DNA of 63,785 bases, filler included, from Octopus bimaculoides (GCF_001194135.2; 5 parts of 4 records of this genome joined end to end with filler, not necessarily neighbours in it); one strand, 5' to 3'; shown: positions 48,944 to 62,279, numbered from the whole stretch's first letter. Made by a program: numbers and translations. The notes: generated by a model not told the origin, from the sequence alone.

Positions 48944-48960
48944 CAGCAGCAGCATGTAGT
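48760..48960. repeat. (GTG/GTA)n trinucleotide tract
   Basis: Direct reading. Confidence 0.9.
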
Positions 48961-49383
48961 GGTGGAAACGATAAAGATTAGTGGTAGAAAAGAAACGTCT
49001 CGAAAGATGGTGGCAAAAGATTGCAAGAAAACATTTAGGTAAGAAATTGTGGCGAGAGAGATGAATGTTGTGGAGATAGTAGCGGTGGTATTTGGTGGTT
49101 GTGGTTGTGGTTNNNNNNNNNNNNNNNNNNNNNNNNNNNNNNNNNNNNNNNNNNNNNNNNNNNNNNNNNNNNNNNNNNNNNNNNNNNNNNNNNNNNNNNN
49201 NNNNNNNNNNNNNNNNNNNNNNNNNNNNNNNNNNNNNNNNNNNNNNNNNNNNNNNNNNNNNNNNNNNNNNNNNNNNNNNNNNNNNNNNNNNNNNNNNNNN
49301 NNNNNNNNNNNNNNNNNNNNNNNNNNNNNNNNNNNNNNNNNNNNNNNNNNNNNNNNNNNNNNNNNNNNNNNNNNNNNNNNNNN

Positions 49384-49448
<65 letters not shown>

Positions 49449-49640
49449 AAGAGAGAAAATGGGGGACGAAGAGAGAAAGGTTCAATTTAGAAGAAGAGAG
49501 AAATTAAGCAGCGTAGAATTGGGGGATGAAAATGGTAGAAATGATTCCAAATTTTGGCACATGACCAGCAATTTCAGAGGAAGGGATGTACTCCACTGAT
49601 ACTTTATTGTATCGATACATGTATGTATATTGTTATAATG

Positions 49641-50973
49641 GTTTAGCTTGCTTACCAACCACATGGTTCTGGGTTCAATCCCACTGCGTGGCACCTTGGG
49701 CAAGTGTCTTCTACTATAGCCTCGGGCCGACCAAAGCCTTGTGAGTGGATTTGGTAGACGGAAACTGAAAGAAGCCCGTCGTATATATGTATATATAAAT
49801 ATGTATGTGTGTGTATATNNNNNNNNNNNNNNNNNNNNNNNNNNNNNNNNNNNNNNNNNNNNNNNNNNNNNNNNNNNNNNNNNNNNNNNNNNNNNNNNNN
49901 NNNNNNNNNNNNNNNNNNNNNNNNNNNNNNNNNNNNNNNNNNNNNNNNNNNNNNNNNNNNNNNNNNNNNNNNNNNNNNNNNNNNNNNNNNNNNNNNNNNN
50001 NNNNNNNNNNNNNNNNNNNNNNNNNNNNNNNNNNNNNNNNNNNNNNNNNNNNNNNNNNNNNNNNNNNNNNNNNNNNNNNNNNNNNNNNNNNNNNNNNNNN
50101 NNNNNNNNNNNNNNNNNNNNNNNNNNNNNNNNNNNNNNNNNNNNNNNNNNNNNNNNNNNNNNNNNNNNNNNNNNNNNNNNNNNNNNNNNNNNNNNNNNNN
50201 NNNNNNNNNNNNNNNNNNNNNNNNNNNNNNNNNNNNNNNNNNNNNNNNNNNNNNNNNNNNNNNNNNNNNNNNNNNNNNNNNNNNNNNNNNNNNNNNNNNN
50301 NNNNNNNNNNNNNNNNNNNNNNNNNNNNNNNNNNNNNNNNNNNNNNNNNNNNNNNNNNNNNNNNNNNNNNNNNNNNNNNNNNNNNNNNNNNNNNNNNNNN
50401 NNNNNNNNNNNNNNNNNNNNNNNNNNNNNNNNNNNNNNNNNNNNNNNNNNNNNNNNNNNNNNNNNNNNNNNNNNNNNNNNNNNNNNNNNNNNNNNNNNNN
50501 NNNNNNNNNNNNNNNNNNNNNNNNNNNNNNNNNNNNNNNNNNNNNNNNNNNNNNNNNNNNNNNNNNNNNNNNNNNNNNNNNNNNNNNNNNNNNNNNNNNN
50601 NNNNNNNNNNNNNNNNNNNNNNNNNNNNNNNNNNNNNNNNNNNNNNNNNNNNNNNNNNNNNNNNNNNNNNNNNNNNNNNNNNNNNNNNNNNNNNNNNNNN
50701 NNNNNNNNNNNNNNNNNNNNNNNNNNNNNNNNNNNNNNNNNNNNNNNNNNNNNNNNNNNNNNNNNNNNNNNNNNNNNNNNNNNNNNNNNNNNNNNNNNNN
50801 NNNNNNNNNNNNNNNTTTAGCTTGCTTACCAACCACATGGTTCTGGGTTCAATCCCACTGCGTGGCACCTTGGGCAAGTGTCTTCTACTATAGCCTCGGG
50901 CCGACCAAAGCCTTGTGAGTGGATTTGGTAGACGGAAACTGAAAGAAGCCCGTCGTATATATGTATATATAAA
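49641..50973 (+). mobile_element. Two identical SINE family 1 head-core units on either side of a ~1-kb gap
   Basis: 49642-49799 equals 50816-50973; atggtttag at 49638-49646 and 50982-50990 may be a TSD. Confidence 0.8.
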
Positions 50974-51737
50974 CATTTATTATGGTTTAGAGTCAAGATT
51001 TGACTGCTATTTTCAGCATGGCGGTATCTCTTAGATACCCTAAATTATAATTTTATATATGTATGTATATATAGCTTAGATTGGTTTCGGCCATTATCGC
51101 GCATGTGTGGATGTATCTAAAACAGTCAAATCTCGCTCGTATCTCGGCCGACCGTCTTAAAGAGAAAGAGAACACGCTGGTTCATGTAGTTCTAGATTGT
51201 CGCAATAAAAAAATAGATGGTGTGGTCACGGCTAAATGCATTCGAACATTGGTTTACTGAATCAAGATGTCCTTAAAACTAAGCAACAACAGCACCAGCA
51301 CGAAGCACGAAGCAGTTATCAGCATCAGGAGTATTAGATTAATGACACCACAGTCTATCCTCACTGCGTAGTACTTCGGCCATATTGCTTGCTATCAACA
51401 GCCACGCCGTCTGATAACGGAGAAGTTACAAGACATTGCTAGATTAATCAGTCTGTGTTTCAGTTTCCTCTCTACCCTAATTACAGTGGTGACACCGTTC
51501 CGCCCATTTATTGCTAGATCTGATGGCCGTCAGAACACGCCCCTTATCTGTCTTGTCTCCCGCAGGTGACGTATCACTCACACACATTAACGCAGGCCTC
51601 CCTTTTGTTTTTCTTCTTCTTCTTCTTCTTCTTCTTCTTCTTCTTCTTCTTCTTCTCCTCCTCCTCCTCCTCCTCCTCCTCCTTCTTCTTCTTCTTCTTC
51701 TTCATTACGTTTATATATGTGTGTGTATATATACTCT

Positions 51738-51840
51738 TTTACACTTTTACTTGTTTCAGTCATTTTGACTGTGGCCATGCTGGAGCACCGCCTTTTAGTC
51801 GATCAAATCGACCCTAGGACTTATTCTTTGTAAGCCTGGT
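51738..51840 (-). mobile_element. SINE family 1 tail
   Basis: rc of ggtgctccagcatggccacagtcaaaatgactgaaacaagtaaaa. Confidence 0.85.
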
Positions 51841-52323
51841 NNNNNNNNNNNNNNNNNNNNNNNNNNNNNNNNNNNNNNNNNNNNNNNNNNNNNNNNNNNN
51901 NNNNNNNNNNNNNNNNNNNNNNNNNNNNNNNNNNNNNNNNNNNNNNNNNNNNNNNNNNNNNNNNNNNNNNNNNNNNNNNNNNNNNNNNNNNNNNNNNNNN
52001 NNNNNNNNNNNNNNNNNNNNNNNNNNNNNNNNNNNNNNNNNNNNNNNNNNNNNNNNNNNNNNNNNNNNNNNNNNNNNNNNNNNNNNNNNNNNNNNNNNNN
52101 NNNNNNNNNNNNNNNNNNNNNNNNNNNNNNNNNNNNNNNNNNNNNNNNNNNNNNNNNNNNNNNNNNNNNNNNNNNNNNNNNNNNNNNNNNNNNNNNNNNN
52201 NNNNNNNNNNNNNNNNNNNNNNNNNNNNNNNNNNNNNNNNNNNNNNNNNNNNNNNNNNNNNNNNNNNNNNNNNNNNNNNNNNNNNNNNNNNNNNNNNNNN
52301 NNNNNNNNNNNNNNNNNNNNNNN

Positions 52324-52631
52324 CCCAACGACTTGCAGACGGTGTATCCCGTTAAATTCATTAATTTAATTCATAGCTAAAGTTACAAAACAAACAAAAA
52401 AACACAAATACAGGTGTTTATGACAAACCACGTTATTTTGACAACAGGGTTTACAGATAAAAGTACAAAGTACATAAGGGATTAGAGAATGAAAAAAAGT
52501 TTAATCTTACAGCTGTTTCGGCCTAGCTTTGGCATGCCCCATTCTATCCGAATAGTTCCTGCCGGAGTGATTATCGGATGAAATGCTGAAATGAGGGTAC
52601 ATGCATGATTCGCTAGACCTCTTCAGAGATT
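52324..52631 (-). mobile_element. HHR-bearing repeat family C (PLE pLTR-like)
   Basis: Homologous to 42073-42370; carries an intact HHR. Confidence 0.75.
52503..52631 (-). ncRNA. Type I hammerhead ribozyme with an 84-nt stem II extension
   Basis: AAUCU-CUGAAGA-GGUCUAGC-[84 nt]-GCUAGGCC-GAAAC-AGCU-GUA-AGAUU: all core nucleotides intact, 5-bp stem I, 8-bp stem II, palindromic stem III ACAGCUGU; predicted cleavage between 52508 and 52507. Confidence 0.85.
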
Positions 52632-53075
52632 CACAAAGAATTTCATACAAATATAGAGTAAGAGGTAAAAACAAAGGTGAAATAGAAACAAGAACATGAA
52701 CAAAAACAAAAATAATAATAAAAATAAAAATAAAAAATAAAAACAAAAATAAGAATGAAAATAAGGGTACAGCAAGAAAAAAATAATAGTAAAAAAATAA
52801 ATGAAAAATGAAAATATGATATATAGGAAATATAGAAATATATAAAAACATAAAAATATAATAATATAAGGCACATGAAAAGCCTACAAACAGTACAAAT
52901 AGTTATAGACACTCCAATACATATATATGTGTGGGTCCATGTGCATAACCATACACAGGTATCCCTTCACTCACATGTATATATATACAAGTATGTATAC
53001 ACAGGCATTCTACTACGTACACGGTTCCCGGCATCAACGCTATATACCGTGTTTAGAAATTTGTATGTTTTTTAT

Positions 53076-53455
53076 ACGTTGGCGCGCCGGGCGAAATGTT
53101 TAATGGTATTTCGTCTGTCTTTACGTTCTGAGTTCAAATTCCGCCGAGGTCGACTTTGCTTTTCATCCTTTCGGGGTCGATAAATTAAGTACCAGTTACG
53201 CACTGGGGTCGATATAATCGACTTAATCCGTTTGTATGTCCTTGTTTGTCCCCTCTGTGTGTAGCCCTTTGTGGGCAGTAAAGAAATAGGTATTTAGTCT
53301 GCTGTTACGTTCTGAGTTCAAAATACACCGAAGTCGACTTTGTCTTTCATCCTTACGGGGTCAATTAGATAAGTACCAGTTATGCACTGGAGTCGATCAG
53401 ATCTACTGGGCCCCTTCCCTCAAAATTTCGAGCTTCTGCCTAGAGTAAAAAAGAA
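53076..53455 (+). mobile_element. SINE family 2 tandem dimer with two different tails
   Basis: Copy 1 ends gtgggcagtaaagaaatagg; copy 2 ends ccctcaaaatttcgagcttctgcctagagtaaaaaagaat. Confidence 0.85.
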
Positions 53456-53487
53456 TGTATGCGTGCATGTGTTTTTTTTTTTCATAT

Positions 53488-53610
53488 TCTTTTATTTATT
53501 TCAGTCATTTGACTGCGGTCATGCTGGAGCACCGCCTTTAGTCGAGCAAATCGACCCCAGGATTTATTCTTTAGAAGCTTAGTACTTATTCTCTCGGTCT
53601 CTTTTGCCGA
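53488..53610 (-). mobile_element. SINE family 1 tail
   Basis: Match to the family 1 3' end, running into a gap. Confidence 0.85.
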
Positions 53611-54340
53611 CGTAATNNNNNNNNNNNNNNNNNNNNNNNNNNNNNNNNNNNNNNNNNNNNNNNNNNNNNNNNNNNNNNNNNNNNNNNNNNNNNNNNNNNN
53701 NNNNNNNNNNNNNNNNNNNNNNNNNNNNNNNNNNNNNNNNNNNNNNNNNNNNNNNNNNNNNNNNNNNNNNNNNNNNNNNNNNNNNNNNNNNNNNNNNNNN
53801 NNNNNNNNNNNNNNNNNNNNNNNNNNNNNNNNNNNNNNNNNNNNNNNNNNNNNNNNNNNNNNNNNNNNTCATAAATATATAGGGATTGACAGTAACCTGC
53901 TTCTCCAACATACTGAGAATTCAGAAATAGCAGCCAAAGAACTACTGATTCCAAAACTACAAATTTTACTCTAAATTGATAGCGATATTTTTGATACACA
54001 CAGAACAAAAAACAAAAAACAGTAGAGAAGAGTAAAAAAAAACCACTTGCCTTTAGTTAATTTAGTACGATCGTTTCACTGTTAAGAGCAAAGAATACTC
54101 CATTCTGATCTTCAGCTAAATATTCTAATAAATTTGCTAATGTCTAAATAACTCACGTTAATTTTGACCATGCGACATCAAGACCACGTGAGGCAGACGT
54201 TAAGAGATTTATCGGCCAGTGAGTTCAAAATCCCTCACCCTAATGAATTCATTTCAGTGTGCATCATAAATAGTCCCGCATAGAAAAGAGATCCGTACGA
54301 ACTTCTTGCGGTTTAACTATTCACCTTATATATATATATA

Positions 54341-54490
54341 TACACGGCGGGCTTCTTTCACTTAATTCTTTCACAAGGGTCTGGTCGGTCCGCGGCCATA
54401 GTAGAAGACTCTTGCCCAAGGTGCCCCGCTGTGGGACTGAACCCTGAACCGTGTGGCTGGTAAGCAAGCTAGTTACCACACCGCCACGTC
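54341..54490 (-). mobile_element. SINE family 1 head-core
   Basis: rc gtggtaactagcttgcttaccagccacacggttcagggttcagtccc. Confidence 0.8.
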
Positions 54491-55351
54491 ATATATACGT
54501 ATGTATGCGTGTGTCTGCATTTAGTTCCTCATTTTTCCCCTCTTTTGTCTACCTGTTATAATATCTCACCATTGTCCATCTGTCTGACTTGTATTCTTCT
54601 CTTTCCAAATATGCTATTTCACCTATGCTAATGTTTATCTACGTATTTATGTCTGTGTTGATAGATATATAAATACGATATAGATATCGATGTCGGGAAT
54701 AATTCATATAACAAATGTTTGCTTCAGTTTTTGTGAAAACATACCACTCGCCAACGAGATGATCGTTTTCGTTTTTTTTTTTTTCTTTCTTTTTAAGAGA
54801 CTGGAAAACAATAAGATAAACTGACATAACTGAACGCTGTTATGCTCGTGGTAACGCGAGACTTCAAACGATAGTGGCTCCATAGCATCAGACATATTGT
54901 TTAAACAAGTATCATATTTAAATGAAACTCCTGTTTTAAGAATGTTTTACTATTAAATTGCTCGCATATGGAAGATGTTTTAACTCTTTCCTTCTATCAT
55001 TTTGTAACACACTCGGCATTGTCTACTGAATTGTTGTTTGAACACACACACACATACACTCACTCACACACACACTCACTCACACACACACTCACTCACA
55101 CACACACACTGTATATATGTGTGTGTGTGTGTGTGTGCGTGTGCGTGTATGTATGTATATATGTTTCTCCTCTTTGTTCCTCTCCATCACATTCGCCCAC
55201 TCTCTTTCCCTCTCCCTCTCTTTCTTTCTCGCTATCTTTTTATCTATCTATATTTATCTCCTACTCTCCCTCTCTCCCTATCTATTCTTCTCTTTCTCTC
55301 TCAACCTATCTATTTATCCATCTATCTATCTATTTATCTATCTATTTATCC

Positions 55352-55386
<35 letters not shown>

Positions 55387-56347
55387 CATCCATCCATCCA
55401 ACCATCTATCTATCTATCTATCNNNNNNNNNNNNNNNNNNNNNNNNNNNNNNNNNNNNNNNNNNNNNNNNNNNNNNNNNNNNNNNNNNNNNNNNNNNNNN
55501 NNNNNNNNNNNNNNNNNNNNNNNNNNNNNNNNNNNNNNNNNNNNNNNNNNNNNNNNNNNNNNNNNNNNNNNNNNNNNNNNNNNNNNNNNNNNNNNNNNNN
55601 NNNNNNNNNNNNNNNNNNNNNNNNNNNNNNNNNNNNNNNNNNNNNNNNNNNNNNNNNNNNNNNNNNNNNNNNNNNNNNNNNNNNNNNNNNNNNNNNNNNN
55701 NNNNNNNNNNNNNNNNNNNNNNNNNNNNNNNNNNNNNNNNNNNNNNNNNNNNNNNNNNNNNNNNNNNNNNNNNNNNNNNNNNNNNNNNNNNNNNNNNNNN
55801 NNNNNNNNNNNNNNNNNNNNNNNNNNNNNNNNNNNNNNNNNNNNNNNNNNNNNNNNNNNNNNNNNNNNNNNNNNNNNNNNNNNNNNNNNNNNNNNNNNNN
55901 NNNNNNNNNNNNNNNNNNNNNNNNNNNNNNNNNNNNNNNNNNNNNNNNNNNNNNNNNNNNNNNNNNNNNNNNNNNNNNNNNNNNNNNNNNNNNNNNNNNN
56001 NNNNNNNNNNNNNNNNNNNNNNNNNNNNNNNNNNNNNNNNNNNNNNNNNNNNNNNNNNNNNNNNNNNNNNNNNNNNNNNNNNNNNNNNNNNNNNNNNNNN
56101 NNNNNNNNNNNNNNNNNNNNNNNNNNNNNNNNNNNNNNNNNNNNNNNNNNNNNNNNNNNNNNNNNNNNNNNNNNNNNNNNNNNNNNNNNNNNNNNNNNNN
56201 NNNNNNNNNNNNNNNNNNNNNNNNNNNNNNNNNNNNNNNNNNNNNNNNNNNNNNNNNNNNNNNNNNNNNNNNNNNNNNNNNNNNNNNNNNNNNNNNNNNN
56301 NNNNNNNNNNNNNNNNNNNNNNNNNNNNNNNNNNNNNNNNNNNNNNN

Positions 56348-56392
<45 letters not shown>

Positions 56393-56771
56393 TGCACGCG
56401 CGCGCGCATACACATATACACATACACGCACATACACAGAAACACACAGAAACACTAGCGCATGCACACACACACACACACACACACAGGCATATCGTTT
56501 GAAAGATATTGTGATTGAAGTATTAGGGTGTAATTAAACTTTTAATTAAAGGATAACACTAATATCCCCCTTAATGCATTACGCATGAGCACATAATCAC
56601 ATACACACACACACATACACACAAACAATTATTCATATATGTGTATACACATATATACATTTATTTATATATACAAATATATATATGTGTGTGTGTATGT
56701 ACATGTGTAAATATATGTATGTATGTACCTATATATACATACGCGTGTGTAAAGGTATCTATATACATATG

Positions 56772-56837
<66 letters not shown>

Positions 56838-57327
56838 CGCATAGATAGATAGATAGATAGATAGATACATACATACATACATACATACATACATACATAC
56901 ATACATACATACATACCTGCATGCCCACATATATACATATATACACACACACAGAAACACACACATAGGCACACACATTCACACACATACACACGAACAT
57001 GCTTGAGACTTCTGCCCAGTTTCTGTCTACCAAATTCACTCACATGGCATCGATCGGCCAGTGTCTATATTAGGAGAATATTGCCCAAGATGGCGCATAG
57101 TGGGCTTGCAAGCGAACTCCGGAACCACAGAGCCATGTATACGCTTACACAACTATGCCTAAATCATGAAAAAAAAAAGGGGGCTTTTTTTATTAAAAAC
57201 GTATTAGGAGGAAATTGTTTGGTCGATCAAAATTATCCACAGTAGTTTTATAGCGCTTTATGTTATCACCCCATGAAATATGACAGGTTCAATGGTCATC
57301 GGTGAGATTTGAAACCAGAACTAACGA

Positions 57328-57640
57328 TACATTATTTACACTATTTACATTTGACGGATATTTGTCCTCATCTTGTTTGTTGTTAACACAACGTTTTGGC
57401 TGATATACCATCCAGCCTTCATCTGATGTCTTGGGGAAATTTCCAACCTGGGTTTTATTCCTAAGGTATTTTTCGGTGCTATTATTATTATTATTATTCA
57501 GGTTACTGCCTGGAATCGAACTCGGAATATTGGAGTTAGTAGCCCTCGCTCTTAACCACTACGCCGACAAACAAGATGAAGAGAAATATCCGTCAAATGT
57601 AAATAATGTACATAATTCCTCATCTCTTAAATATAGAACA
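57328..57640 (-). mobile_element. tRNA-headed short element with internal (AAT)n, hammerhead and inverted terminal duplication
   Basis: Head 57499-57565 (ggcgtagtggtt A box, gagttcgattcc B box), (AAT)6, HHR 57385-57430, tail 57328-57384 repeated in inverted orientation from 57567. Confidence 0.7.
57385..57430 (-). ncRNA. Type I hammerhead, this copy with two core mutations
   Basis: GACAU-CAGAUGA-A-GGCUG-gaugguauau-CAGCC-AAAAC-GUU-GUGUU: stems I and II intact, U4A and G12A substitutions. Confidence 0.6.
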
Positions 57641-57710
57641 GAATTAACGATGTCCGAATAGCCACATAAATCTAATTTGTTCGACGCGCTAAGAGTTATC
57701 CTTTATCTTT

Positions 57711-57905
57711 TTTATCTTTTGCTTCAGTCATGAGACTACAGCCTTGCTGGGGCACTATCTCGAAAAATTTTGGTGGAAGGAATCGACCCCTGCATATTTT
57801 TTTTTCTATAGCCTCGTACTTATTCTATCGGTGTGTCCTTTTTCAAATCGTTACGTGGATGTAAACACACCAGCACCGGTTGTCAAGCGGTGGTGAGGGA
57901 GAAAA
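57711..57905 (-). mobile_element. SINE family 1, degenerate 3' half
   Basis: cttcagtcat...tacttattctatcggt...gtaaacacaccagcaccggttgtcaagcg. Confidence 0.65.
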
Positions 57906-58280
57906 TCACATACGCGCCCACAGACGCGCGTGCACTTGCACACGTACATGCACGCACTCACACACAAACACGCGCGCGCATCCGCGGACACACATACACG
58001 CGTGCACACTCACACATACACACACAAACATATACATACACAAACATATGCACACACAAACAAGCACACTCACACAGAAACGCACACAGACATGCACACA
58101 CATAAACACACACACACACGCACGCAAGCACACGCACACACAAACACACACGCACACTCATACGCACAGACACACATAAACACACACACGCACAAACACG
58201 CACACATATACACAAACACACACACACACACGCACAAATGCACACACACACACACACAAACACACATACACACACATATA

Positions 58281-58500
58281 CGAGGGTGTGCTGAAAATTT
58301 CCTGGCGTTAAGGGTATCGCGAAAGGCCTGACCGGAGGCCCAACTTTCTGGGTTCTTTTACAGGGCTTAGAAAAACTGAAGGGCTGTGGCAATATGTGTG
58401 TGAACCTGGGAGGGGATTATATTGAATAAAATCATAATTAATTGATCCTCTTGTATTTTCTTTTACCCAAATTCAGGAACTTTTCAACCCCTCCTTCTCG
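58281..58500 (+). mobile_element. 220-bp mariner-derived MITE
   Basis: TA|CGAGGGTGTGCTGAAAATTTCCTG and rc TA|CGAGAAGGAGGGGTTGAAAAGTTCCTG; retains the transposase C-terminus LQGLEKLKG...CVNLGGDYIE*. Confidence 0.8.
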
Positions 58501-58534
58501 TATATATTGTATCATAATAGCTTTGAAACTTTAA

Positions 58535-58755
58535 ATTTTGGCACGAGGCCGGAAATTTTATTTTCTGTATCTTTTGCGATGATGGGAAAGAGGAAAGTTG
58601 AGCGCATTGAGCCCAGTTTGGAATCGGTATTATTTTATCGACTCCGAAATGATAAAAAGTACAGTCGACCTCGGTGGAATTCGAACTCAGAGAGTCAAAA
58701 TACCGCTAAGCGTTTTACTTCGACGCACCAAGGCTTATGTCAGTTCTCCGCCTTC
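58535..58755 (-). mobile_element. SINE family 2, diverged
   Basis: agtcgacctcggtggaattcgaactcaga...aataccgctaagc. Confidence 0.7.
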
Positions 58756-59051
58756 GTTTTGTTTCGTAATAGCATTTTTAATGTAACAATGTGCATGTGT
58801 GTGAACCTGTTTGTGTGTATGTATGCGCGTGCCTGTGTGTATTTGTGTGAGCGTGTGTGCATGTGTGTATGTGTGTGTATGAATATGTGTGTGTGTGTGT
58901 GTGTGTGTGTAGTGGTCCACAGTGTTAAACACACAAACACACAGCTGACAACCAGCATATCGACTATAAACGCGTAGCAGCGAGAATAATGGCTCCATAT
59001 AACGGCTACATGGTTATAGTGTCAGGTGTACGTATGTGTGTGTCTACATAT

Positions 59052-59089
<38 letters not shown>

Positions 59090-59224
59090 GTGTGTGTTTG
59101 TGTGTGCGTGTGTGTGTGTGCGTGAGTGTGCATGAATTTGTGTGGATTTGTGTGTGTATGTGGATTTGTGTGTGTGTGTGNNNNNNNNNNNNNNNNNNNN
59201 NNNNNNNNNNNNNNNNNNNNNNNN

Positions 59225-59236
59225 TTAATTAATTAA
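59225..59236. other. Artificial scaffold linker
   Basis: 44N-TTAATTAATTAA-44N. Confidence 0.95.
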
Positions 59237-59285
59237 NNNNNNNNNNNNNNNNNNNNNNNNNNNNNNNNNNNNNNNNNNNNAAGAA

Positions 59286-59317
<32 letters not shown>

Positions 59318-59357
59318 AGAAGAAACGATGATAATCTTCTTTAATTTCACATGTTAT

Positions 59358-59625
59358 ATATTCTTTTCTACTCTAGGCACAGGGCCCAAAACTTTTGGGA
59401 AAGGGACCAGTCGATTAGATCGACTCAGTACGCAACTGGTACTTAATTTATTGACCCCGAAGAATCGTTTCTAATTTAGTCGATACCACCACCCCAGTAC
59501 TTGACTGGTACTCTATTTTGTCGACATGAGAGAAATGTAAGATAGAGTTGTCTTTAGCTGGAACTGAACGTAAATTTCCAGATGAAATACTGAAAGGCAT
59601 TTTAACGACGATGCTAATCCTTCCC
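59358..59625 (-). mobile_element. SINE family 2 remnants (two partial copies)
   Basis: ttcttttctactctaggcac tail and ctggtact core twice. Confidence 0.65.
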
Positions 59626-60115
59626 AACATCTTCTGTTTCGTTATTCATCAAACTTCATCGGGGGCTCACGAGACTAAATTAACGAATACATCTTTTACT
59701 GAAACGCGGAAGTCAAAACCAATAAGACCTTCATCTGTCTTGATCTGTTTCATTTAAAGCTGGGAAGCGGCAAATAGTAGTGAAGGTGATGTATAGCAAA
59801 TCTTGGGGCCCAAGGCTCAAGAAGCCATTCACTGATGTAAATTCTATGTTCATTTATATAAGCAACGGATGCTGTTGCGATGTTGGCAGCACACACACAT
59901 ATCCACATACACATGCACACATACATGCGTTTATGTATAGATTGTTTCGAGTTTATGTATGAATACATGTATATATAAAGAGATGGATACGTAGCTGGAT
60001 GAATACATACATGCATATATACATATATATACATGTATATATGTATGCACATGTCAGTGTGTGTTTAAATACATATATCTTCATATATGTATGCATATAT
60101 GTAAATGAATATAAG

Positions 60116-60152
<37 letters not shown>

Positions 60153-60172
60153 NNNNNNNNNNTATATATATA

Positions 60173-60210
<38 letters not shown>

Positions 60211-60993
60211 CGCACTCATATGTAGTTACACAAATATGCATATATATATATATGCATATTCCTATGCACCTATACAATAAAAACATGCCTTGGATTGCTA
60301 ATGAATGCTCCAAGAAGAAACAGGCGCTTAATGATACCATATGATATGATGCCTGGTGATACGATACGATGCGCTTGTGTATATATAGTAATTATATTTT
60401 TCTCTCTCTCCCTCCTCTCTCTCTCTAGTCTCTCTCTCTCTCTATCTCTCTCCTTATACATATACACATAGATGTATTCATGCATATAAGCACAACCGCA
60501 TATATCTATGTATATATGTGTGTGAGTATATGTGTGTGTTTGCGTGTGCGTGTGCGTGTGGGTGCGTGTGTGTGTAAATATGCGTATATGTATATATACG
60601 GTAATTATATATTTCAGCGTTGACGATACACAGAACAGTTTGTCTTATATTGCTTTTAAATGAGGATAAGTTGAAGAAAACCTCCATCTTTCAAACTTTC
60701 TCCCACTCTCTTTCACTCCGCTTGGCTTTATTTCTCACCCTCACTCCCATCTGCACATTCTTACGATTTACGCTGACACGTCATTACAAATACACACACG
60801 TACATATGCATGTGTGTGTATGTATGTGTGTCTGTGTGCGTGTGTGTTAATATGTACATGTTTATGTTTGTATGCATGCGTATGCATATTTACACAGCTC
60901 AACTGATGTAGATGAAAACCAGAGAATATCTATTCACATGCACATGAATGAAATTTGTATTGCACATAATTTAAAGGTGTATATGTATGGTGT

Positions 60994-61050
<57 letters not shown>

Positions 61051-61227
61051 GCACGTTAATATTCATAAACACACACACATATATATATAAACAAGCAATA
61101 TATATATATATATAGTTATATATATACATACAAATATGCATATATATGTACATACATATATATATGCATATATATATATACATATATACGTACACATATA
61201 TAAATATATATATACATATATATATAC

Positions 61228-61262
<35 letters not shown>

Positions 61263-61412
61263 TANNNNNNNNNNNNNNNNNNNNNNNNNNNNNNNNNNNN
61301 NNNNNNNNNNNNNNNNNNNNNNNNNNNNNNNNNNNNNNNNNNNNNNNNNNNNNNNNNNNNNNNNNNNNNNNNNNNNNNNNNNNNNNNNNNNNNNNNNNNN
61401 NNNNNNNATATA

Positions 61413-61462
<50 letters not shown>

Positions 61463-62236
61463 GCGCACTGATAAGCATGCACGCATATACAGAAATGTGC
61501 AACCATACACCCGAATGCAAGTACGCTTACCACCACACATACATTCTTCATTTGAATACATATTCTCATAGGTGTGTGTGTGTGTGTGTGTATGTACGTG
61601 TGTGTATGTGCGTGTGTGTGTGTGTGTGTGTTTGTGTGTACGTATATACATATGCATGCATAAACACAACTTTACACACATATAAAAGACACGTGGAAAG
61701 GTTGCTGTGATGTATGAGACGAACCACCAGCAGTGAGGTTCAATTTCGATATAACCACTATCAAATTGCCACAAGGGACATAACTCAATGAAATTACGAT
61801 ATTTGAATGCTCATTAATAAAAGCAACCCCCATGATGCGCCCTAATACCACCGCCCGTCCACATTGCTTTCTAAGCTAAACGCTTTAATTTCATTTAGCA
61901 AACAACAAACATTATTTATTTCATTCAACTCCTGCTTTATATAAATATCTACGAACATATCTGTATTTAAACAGTCGCAAATTCACACACATGCACACAG
62001 GCACACATACATACGCGCGCACATACACACACGCGCATACGCATACAAACACTCATACACTCACGTGTGCAGAAGCACGGAAAGATGGGCGGGGCACATT
62101 TAAACACCAGCAGATGCACACACACTGAAACCGAAGCAGACATGCACGCCTATAAACACATGCATTTACGTGAATGTATGTATGCATGTATGTATGCATG
62201 TATGTATGTATGTTTGTTTGTGTACATGTGTGTGTG

Positions 62237-62279
<43 letters not shown>

